Positions 54,505 through 64,000 of a stretch of DNA of 64,000 bases are shown in pieces (the stretch's first letter is position 1; every line of letters begins with the position of its first letter). Origin of the DNA: Antedon mediterranea (taxonomy: Eukaryota > Animalia > Echinodermata). A program made the position numbers and the translations under genes. Under the pieces are notes generated by a model, which saw nothing but the letters and a program-made list of their open reading frames with translations, did not search any database and was not told where the DNA came from. Where the stretch lies: NCBI RefSeq assembly GCF_964355755.1, contig NC_092672.1, forward strand, positions 8,308,001 to 8,372,000, written 5' to 3'.

Positions 54505-54912
54505 GAGTGAGTGTGGCCGAGCGGTTAAGACAGTTGAACCTTAATCCATAGCCATAACATCGGCAAGGGTTCGAGGCTCACTCGCTCCATGGTTCTGGTG
54601 GTAGAACAAGTCTTCTAGGATGAGGACTATAAACCGTAGGTCCAGTGTACATCTGGCTCATGTGCACTTTAAAGAACCTAGTACATCTTTCGAGACGAGT
54701 AGGGAGTTACCCCGGTGTACTAGTTCATACATACACACTGTCGTGGACAGACGTAATGGCGCCGTAGTTGGCTGCCGATGACACGATGTGACTCTTAGGG
54801 GAGAAGAATGTTGTTGAAAAGAAGTAACAGTCCACAACGCCTTTGATCACTAATTGTTGCTTGAATTGGCGCTTTACAAATTCGTATATATATGTATTAT
54901 TGTTATTATTTA
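54505..54912 (+). mobile_element. tRNA-derived Deu/Nin-domain SINE, second copy with a different 3' tail
   Basis: A box TGGCCGAGCGGTTAAG and B box GGTTCGAGGC; the core is shared with 35907-36125; the tail ends GGCGCTTTACAAAT..TATTATT. Confidence 0.8.
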
Positions 54913-57900
54913 TCACTTCTTTATATTAATTAATTTTCAGTAGTATTGTAGGCCTACAGTATATGAACTAGTGGTTAATAATTTGTTCTGTGCCTGTTAT
55001 GTTAATTTGGATAGAACTTCTAATAGATTAACTACCTGTATGACTACTCTGTAAAAAGATAGCCAAGTTGGTTTATATTTTATTATAATAATAGCCAATA
55101 AGATTAATTGATGTGAATTTGTTCTAATGCTTATTGTGATCAAGCTACGCATGGGTGTATTTGTTCCCTTTGGTCCTTTGTTGTCACATGCCTTTTTAAC
55201 CTACTGTAATTCCTGTTTTCGAAACCTTAGTTGTGAATGACTTTATAACATTGTCAACTGGCAATGCCATAGTTTATTTTGGTAACTGTCTACTTGACTC
55301 CATCTTAAGTTATTGTCATGTAAATAACTCAATATAAAGAAATGTTTGTGAACTTTATAATAAATCATATAATTTTGAAATTTTCCAAATTATTAGATTT
55401 AAAAACAAACACAACCACCCCTACCCCAACAAAGTGTGCAAAACCGGGGAAAATTTTCTTTTAAAGAAATTAGCCATAACTAATGCTCAATCTGAATTTG
55501 GATTACGTTAGAAAACATACTAGTTTTATAATTGAAATGTTTTTTTCTATATCACCATTCTACATCACAATGAGGTGCAATAAGGTAATATTGTGTAGCA
55601 TTTGGCTATGCTACACAGGCTAAAACGTTCTTTGTACATTCTTTTCAAAGCATGTTTTCCACTAGACGTGAACATATTCGCGCGAAACAAACATTCCTGA
55701 GTTTTTTTTGCGCATTTTTTCACGTCACAAAAATTAGATGAAAAAATATGCATGTACTAAAGTAAGTCAAATTACACTTTTTGATTCGCCTTGTGGACAA
55801 AAACTAGTCTTTAGTGAGTTGTGTTGGACTTTCCAGAATGAGTTTTTTTGTTTACCATTCTGATATTATTATTATCCAAATTATTTTGAAAGTACAGTTT
55901 TGTCTAACGGTATGTGTTTTAATTTTCTGAAACTAGAAAAACAGCTGATTGTAAATGGTGAATGAATTTGGCATGTGTTTATTGTGTGGGCAACACACAG
56001 CTTGACATCTCAACCCCCAGTGGCAACAACCTACCTAGTTCAACTGTTTACATCTGTTTATTGTACAGAGCTTGTTTGTTGAGTGTAAACATGACTCTGT
56101 GTTAAAGTCATCATATGCAACAAAGACAAGTTCGTACCTTTTGTTCAACAATGCTTTGATCCTGGTCTCAAATATATTGTAACTTTTTATCAAGTAGGCT
56201 TTGTTTGTATGTAACTACAGAAGGAATAAAGGGAATTGCAATAGTGGAACTTTGAGGTTTTAGAGGGGATTTGATCAAGTCAAAGGTAAATGTACTAGGG
56301 TATTAGTAATCAGTCAGTATACCTTGCATGGTTATAGTTTGAACTGGATTCCGTTATCGGTATAACTGCATTGGTACTGTTGAGATCAAGATAAGATGTA
56401 TGTACATTTAATTGAGTTTCATAAGTTGTAAGAAAATATATAGTAAGTCTGTTACAATACTAATTCGAACTTCTCCGTCATCCAGCTAAGTTTCGGGAGA
56501 CTGTAATTGAGAGCTCTCCCCCATTCATTTACCCACCAAAAAGTTTGAACGTTTAGCAGGTAATCAAATCTTTTTGATATAGCCTAATTTCTGGCTTTTA
56601 ATTATCTATTTTTCTCTATTTAAATTAGTAGACCTACTGTTAGTTTTTTTTTCTTCTTAATGGAGTTGAGTTTTCTTGTATAAAGTTTTTATTTTTGTTA
56701 TTTTTTCCTTTGGATGGTGGGGTGAGGGGGAGGGGGAAGATTCGGATGAAAAGAAAGTATGTTTTAATTAAGTATTAAGTATGATCATCTTTCTCAAATC
56801 TGTATTATTACTTGGGTATCTTTTTATGATACATAAAAATGTACAATGATAACAAAAATATGCAATAAGGTTTATTGCAGGTAAATGAAAAGAGAGATGC
56901 ATGATGGGAAGGAAATGGGGAAACATTATTGATTTGTTGATTTCTTCCCATCATGCATTGTGCAACGATGCTTTCTCACGATCGCAAGCTACAGTATCTG
57001 TTGTGATAAACCTTATGCTTCTGCTTCTAGACTTTTTGAAATTATGATAACCATTTCTACATTCAATGATGATTTTAAATCTGCAATTATCATCTCAATT
57101 TTCATATTTGATATCTGATTACGCGTATCATGAGAGATATTCTGCTTAGACGCTTAGATGCCAATAATAAACAAAAAAATGATCGATAACGACTGAACAT
57201 GATCCATTGGCCAATCGTATTTGATAGAGCGTATTTATTACAAGCTGCGTAATTGATCTAGCCGCTATTAAATGACTCTTTCAAAGAAATATATTTACTT
57301 ATGTATGTTGGCTCCATGGCCTAATTTCAGATGCCATATGTTATAGATATGAATTGTATTGTTATTGGAACAAGCTAATTTAATTTATGATATTTCATGC
57401 TCTTGGTAAATATTTATAATTCTGCATAATTAATTAACTTTTCTTGGTTAATTGAACATAAACAATTCTCCATGAAATATTTATTATCAAAATATAATTT
57501 AATTTCAAATTGTTAATGTTGTTACGGTAAGTAATTATTGGAAACTTCACTTTCATAAACAGTGGCACACTTGCACATTACTTTTGTGCGTACATTGTAT
57601 TCAAAACAAAATATCAAAAAATATATAGTACTGTTATATTATCCCCATAAACATCAGAAATGAAGATTTATAAAATCATGAGACTTCAATTTTGCAGTTT
57701 AATCACTCAAAAATAATGATTTCACTTATAAAAGGACAAAATAAATGGTTAAACAGAACATTTACTTTTTTCGAATTACAGTTTTTTAGGTAAATAATTT
57801 TAGTGGATACAGTAACTATTAAACAATGATATCTTTAAGTTTAACAACTTTGTATTTAGTGTAATACCGGTATTCAAAATGACGTAAAATTTCCCAATTC

Positions 57901-60179
57901 CAATATATTGTACAGTATGTGGGAAATTTTACAGTGACGATTTTTATTGCATAGTACATCAAGCATTGTGTGTAGCTTTTAAAATAAACAATGATTCTAA
58001 ATTTTTGTAAAATGTACCTTTTTTTCTGAAAGATTCTTCGTGGGCATTCTTTTGAATCAATCCTATTAATATTTTTGTCAATTTTCTGGTCTATTAAGCT
58101 AGTATCACTTAGTGACTCAGATCATAATCACCATCATACCAATGATTTGAGAAATACAGAAGGCCATTAGAATTACAATATTAAAACTACTCAATCAGAA
58201 GAAAAATTAGTAACTTCACATGAAACTAGTTTATTCAATTTAAAAATTCTTTTACATGTGTTTTCTTTTCAAAGAAAATTTGTTTTCATAAATAATAACC
58301 AATTTATTGATGTATCGAACTTAAGTTAAAAACAAGATGCAGTTTAATTAGTAAGGTTTTAAGTATATAATTTTAGTTCAGTATAATTGATTTATAATTT
58401 TTATTGCATTAGAAGGAATTTAAAAAAATCATTTTAAGTTGATAAAAATGAATTTATTGAAGCATAGATTTTGTTCTTCTTTGTGGCATATTTTATTTTA
58501 TATATTTTAGGAGGAAGTTGAATGATAAAACACAATTCATTGAAGATTTTGTAGGATTGTTATATTTTTTTTATATAATGAAAAATGTTTAGGATAGCAA
58601 AAATTGTCTTTAAATACAAGTCTATTTAAATACATACAAATGTACACTATTTGTAAAGTGTAGAAGAATAATAGTATTAGAGTGTTGCAATATGGCTTGG
58701 CATTTTGAAAATATTGACAGAAATACATTTTTTTTGGCTTGCTTGATATGAAATTTACAAATTAACATAATTACATTCATCCATCTGTTGTTTTTATTAA
58801 TGTTGTTTCTTTATGTAAAGATCTGTGATTGGCTAGCTGAAAACCTTATTACCATACATTATATGCGCTGTGTTTTAGTTAGACACACTTAAACATACAT
58901 TGCACGATTTGATAGATACTCGATTGTTATACAATGGAGCTATGAGTAATACTTTAAAGTTAAGTTCTTCGCTGAGTAAATAAAATACACGGTGTGAACA
59001 AACATTACACATTTAGAGGAGGTCATTGCACTATTGAACTAATCATTTTAATCATTTATTAATTTAATATAATAATATTAAAATTGAATTGATAGTATTG
59101 AAAAATTAATTAATTCAGATAATAACATTTTGCCTAAGTGTGACACTGAACATTGAGGAACACTGAAATACTGTAGGCCCTCTTATTACAAAAGATATAT
59201 AGCAAATAACGAAAAGAGATTATTAGAGGTGCAAATTCAGTTTATTTAGGAGTTGGTATGTTTGGCTGTGCATTTATTTATTCAGTTCCAACAAATTAAG
59301 GTTCCATCCAAAAGATGATATCAATGCGGAAATAAAGCATCTTATCTTACCCAAAGAAATATAACATTGTATGGCAGTCAGGTCTGAATTGAACTCATAT
59401 GGAGTTTTGACACCATTGCGCCATCTCACTCTCGCACATGTCCAAAAGAACAGTATAGATTAATTTAGCTTCTGTGTATAATCACCACATGTAAAATAAT
59501 GTTAATTGTTAGTATTGCCTTTGGCGTACATATGTTTAATGAAGATTGAACATTTGATTTTCAGTTTTTTTTTCGATATTTTTTAGCCTGTTTTGTTTAT
59601 GTTCAATTTGTAGATGTGTCATTCATCTTTCCACACATAGAAAACAGAAAATCAGTTGTTTTGTCAACAGGATTGAGAATAGAGTCAACAATCCCAATAC
59701 GGACACCCTCGGGCTGGCCTGGTTTTCCAACGTTTTGGATCAAGAAAAGTCTGGTTTTGGGAGAATTTCCGTTTATGAGAGTCTGATATTGAGAGATTCA
59801 ACTGTATTTGGTTCTCAAAGAAATTTTATAACAGGAAATATTTTAGCGACATTTTGTATTAGATAGAATGTAAAATCATGTATTTTTAGTCAAAAGTGTT
59901 CAATACGAGTTATCATAACTTATGTCTTTCATAATACATTAACGTCACTGTACTTTTCTTTCATTATTATCTATATGATATATTTTCTGAGTGCACTTTC
60001 ACTTCTGTTTGTTTTTTAATTGCCGACATAAACTGATATGCTTGTTTTAAACTCTCACTTCCTCAAGATTTTGTTTGTGTCTAGTACACCTATCAAATTA
60101 GTAGAAAAACCTTGTTTTATTTGAATTCACAGGATAGGTTAAGCTACAGAAAATTCCAGAAAAAAAACTATAGTATAAT

Positions 60180-60411
60180 CAAGGCAATCTAACAACAGGA
60201 TTCTGAGCTCCGGAGATCAAAGGATTGATCTGTGGCTGCAACAAGATGTTCCACACCCCTTAACAGACACCACACTGTGGAAAATATGTTGATAGTATAG
60301 TACAGTATTGTTGGTATTTGTCGCAGCCAGACATAAGATCAAAGTGACTGTTAGTTACAAGTTCCTATCTTAGCAAGGCAAGCTCAGTGTCCTGTTGTTA
60401 GATTTGCCTTG
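60180..60411. mobile_element. P-superfamily-like MITE (family B), opposite orientation to the 29.1 kb copy
   Basis: CAAGGCAATCTAACAACAGGA ... TCCTGTTGTTAGATTTGCCTTG, with 7-bp TSD GTATAAT on both sides. Confidence 0.8.
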
Positions 60412-61316
60412 GTATAATCATCTGTATCAAAATAATAAGTTTTGCATGTGAAACCTTTGCTAAATGAAAAGCAAGATTTTCACGAAAGGTTACTCAGTTA
60501 GAGGAAAAATGGCAAAAATCAGCAATGTAGTCATGTTACAAGTATTGTCAAAACAATATAGATTATCTGATAAAAATCCTAGAAAGTAGGAAATCGTTTG
60601 CCATTTTTCCCCTGACTGTACTGGAGAATATTAACCCATTTTGAAAATATAAAATACATGCAAGATATCGATGTGTGTGATACAGTTGTGTCTTTGAGTG
60701 TTTGTGAATAGCTATTAAATTACTCATTTTGATTATCAAGCTAGTTGCGGTATGCATTGTTGACACTTTTCTATTGCTAGTAGGCCTACTATCTTCTTAT
60801 CATTTCATATCTTCTTATCATATCATATGGTTCTGAGATATGTATTTGAAAAAGTTGGTTGTTAATTGTTTATCAAGTTCAAGAGGTTTAAAAGTGAAAT
60901 TTCAATGATGATAACTGATATTCAAAGTGTGTTCTTTATATTCAAAATGTGTTGTTTATAATCAAAATGTTAATTTTTAACCCATGATGTAAATTTGAAT
61001 TTATCTAAAATAATAAAAATAGTAAGTTAAGGAAATCTGTTAATCAGATTATGATCTCTGATTCTGAATTATGTAAATTTATTTAAATTTGTGTCCATAT
61101 GAAGTGAACCAATGATATGCCTGCAAGTCAAAGATGAGTCATGCATCACTGGTTTGTGGCTACAGCATGGTAAATAATGATAATAAAAACAAAACATTGC
61201 TGCAAGCTACTGTACGTGTATGCATCTCAGAATTGCTTTGGTATTACAGCTATCAGTTGTGATTATTGTTACTCTGTCATTGCTTAATATTTATTCAATA
61301 TTATCGTCTTTTTCAG

Positions 61317-61371
61317 TAGTTTGGCGATACATTCTTGTCCCCAAGATCAAGAACTGTTGGATTATGATAAG
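61317..61371 (+). other. Possible small internal exon of the downstream gene
   Basis: Pyrimidine tract and CAG acceptor at 61316, and a perfect AAG|GTAAGT donor at 61371/2. One frame reads LAIHSCPQDQELLDYDK; no homology recognised. Confidence 0.3.
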
Positions 61372-63156
61372 GTAAGTTATAATATTTTTTTTACAAATTA
61401 TGTTATTAGTGACATGGGATGGGGGAAAGGAGGAGTGGCCATGATTATTCATTAACTATACTTATATACCCTTAGCCAGACATTTTACTCTTAACGTTAT
61501 ATGGTTCTGCTGCTATGCTGAATATAAGGCAATTTAAGGTTTGCCACTTTACGCTATATTCATAAATTCAACATTTTTTGACAGGAATATTTATCAAATG
61601 TATGTAGTTAAAGTGTGCACTTTCTTTACAAACACAGGTTCTGAGAAAAAAAAATGTTCATATACACACGTACGCAACAGCTTGTTTGAATTCATGTCAT
61701 GTTCAAACATTATTGATTGTGAATGTTTATTGTTTGTATCAAAGTTTTTAAATGCTTGTCCTCTTTACATAAACACAAATTAAATACATTAAAACAGTAT
61801 TTCATTGCATGCCTTCTCTCTGATAAATTGTCCCCCTACATCTGTAATCAGGGGGAAATGTTTTTCACTTTGTGGATTCCAAATAGACATCCAATTTTAC
61901 TCTACAGTCAGTGTTTTATCAATAGAAATCAAGTCGGGAAAATTAAGCAAAGTACCAAATTATTGGTATACTATAAGATGTAACTACAGTAATTCTACTT
62001 ACTATAGTAATAGTATCCAAAAAAGTAAAATAATATTGTACATTTGTTTATTTAATTAACAAAATATAAGCTTTGATTGCTCCTGGTCTATTTAATCAAA
62101 TAGCTAGGCCTAAAAACCTACCACTCCTGATAAGTGTTTATATTTGATGTATAATATAAATATAATAATATTACACCATTTTTTAATACCGATTGCAGCC
62201 AATTTATTCCGACAAATCTTGCTGGTAAAACCTGCTTCGAGAGAACAAAGTATAATTTTATTTTATGCACTTAGTACAGTAGTATAATCCCATGACCGGT
62301 AAATGTATTCTACCATACAGAGTTGCTATTAATTAATGCGATTGTGACCGAGCCGTAAGATTCACTTGATATGCCAATACGGTAAGGAGCGGAAAATTAG
62401 CGATTAAACCTCAAGGGATAGACGTATTGTAAGCTTTCAAAATTAGCTCTTGGAATCGTGGTCGCCATAGCATGGTGATTGAAATTAGACACATTCTCGA
62501 ACTTGTAAATTAATGTTAAAGTTAGAGTGAAAGCTGAATAATAAATGAGGAATTTCATGATAATTATACTATCACTCTGCCTAATGTAACCGAGCCATTA
62601 ACATAATGTTTTAGTTTTCATACTATATGAATAATGAATCCTTGTCGATAGAATTTAAAGTTCTTATTGATGTTCTTGTTTGCAGCCATAATGATCATTT
62701 CCTGACGATAACGCAGATTTAAAGTTTTAATGCTACAGGGCTTGTGTTAAGAAATAAAATTGACAATAAGTCTCATTTGTACAATAGAGGGATTTCTGTT
62801 AAACGACTTTAATCATTATTGGGTAAAGTTTCTTGTCTCATGCAAGTTGCCAAAGAAAAAGATAACATTATATTAGCAGACTGTAAAGAAGTTCCAATGA
62901 GTGTATTTTATTACCACTCTCCTAGCTTAATAATATTTATCATGTGACCCACAATCGTCAAACAATCAATGTTTCTAAGTGCTTTACAAACAAAAGTGAT
63001 AAAATATCCTAAAATAACCAAAAAATGAAAAAAAGCAAAGGAACCATTTACACAGCTCTGTTCTCCAGCACTTTGAAGCTCATGTATGAGAGAAACACCG
63101 AAACAGAAGTGAAAAAGGCATCTCTCTATCCTATCCTACCAAAATATACCACAGCA

Positions 63157-63228
63157 CTACTACTACTACTGTACTACTACTACTGTACTACTACTACTGT
63201 ACTACTACTACTGTACTACTACTACTGT
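63157..63228. repeat. (TAC)n/ACTGT compound microsatellite
   Basis: CTACTACTACTACTGTA-type unit repeated about 4 times. Confidence 0.85.
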
Positions 63229-64000
63229 AGGATAATTTAGAATGCTTTATAGTACACTGTGTACCAAACCATACCATTTTGATACTGAAATCAAAAAGTA
63301 GTATTTAAACAAAAGAATGTTTTTTAACATGGGATATTCCTATTTCACAAAGATACAATTAGCATATTTTACGAATAAATTAACTTGACTGTGAATTTGT
63401 AGATGTTGTAAACAAGTCAAGGATAGGAAGATTACAGTTAATTGCGATGATGCATTAGTGATGTACACTGTATAGAATTTATCTAATCTCTGCCACTGTT
63501 TGATGCTACCTTTCAAATTATGGTAAAACCAGAGTTAATATTATGATTATCGAATGCAGTATAATTTAAATTAACAGAAAGAAAAATGAAATGAATTAAT
63601 TAAGTCATATTGCTGATTTCAACTAACAATATTCTACATTACAGTACATTTGTATTCATAATGTACATATTTTTTCAAATATGGAATATTCTATTTTGCA
63701 TTATAATTTATTCAACCTTTTTAATGTTAATTGGTTAATGACTTTAATAAAATAATCAATTTTGAAACGGAAATTGACAAGATTTTCCTTCGATAATGAA
63801 GGTAGATGGTTTCTGTCACAATCAAACAGTGTAAATGGAATGTTTATAATTAGGAGGAGTGTTACTGTATTTTCTTCAGGGATGTTACACATCCTGTGTG
63901 CTGACTTCTTCATAAGTCAATCATGTTGAAATAATGAGATCTAGCGGTAAGTCTAGAGGAATCCAAACAAACATAGTCACCTTAGCAAATACAGTATTCC

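Noticed and set aside
52600-64000. Scattered 60-86-aa ORFs in the last 11 kb
   Set aside because: They have no recognisable motifs, mostly non-ATG starts and AT-rich intron-like composition.

Overview
AT-rich, intron-rich animal genomic DNA. It is probably a marine invertebrate deuterostome such as an echinoderm (inferred from a Deu-domain SINE and the gene and repeat style; not proven). From left to right: a ~4.9 kb satellite of 181/186-bp monomers with an 11-mer higher-order period; NSUN5 (+, 6 exons, one GC-AG intron); a candidate small 2-TM protein (-); NECAP (+, 8 exons, ending in WVQF); a compact TTC17-related TPR protein with signal peptide and C-terminal TM (-), head-to-head with DDOST/OST48 (+, 10 exons); a Kelch-less BTB-BACK gene (+); and a single-exon secreted polyprotein (49190-50179) with 27 tandem M(F/Y)PEAL(L/S)(D/N)-type units, mostly separated by KR convertase sites. 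That polyprotein looks like a peptide-hormone/neuropeptide/pheromone precursor matching no family I recognise, and it is the top finding. The last 13 kb appears to be the 5' end and large introns of another gene. Introns and intergenic DNA hold many non-autonomous DNA transposons (Ginger-, piggyBac-, Harbinger-, P-, MULE- and Tc1-like, several nested), SINEs, CR1 and RTE LINE relics, and two tRNA-Val pseudogenes. Exon structures were read by eye from splice signals, phase and remembered protein homology; no database searches were run.
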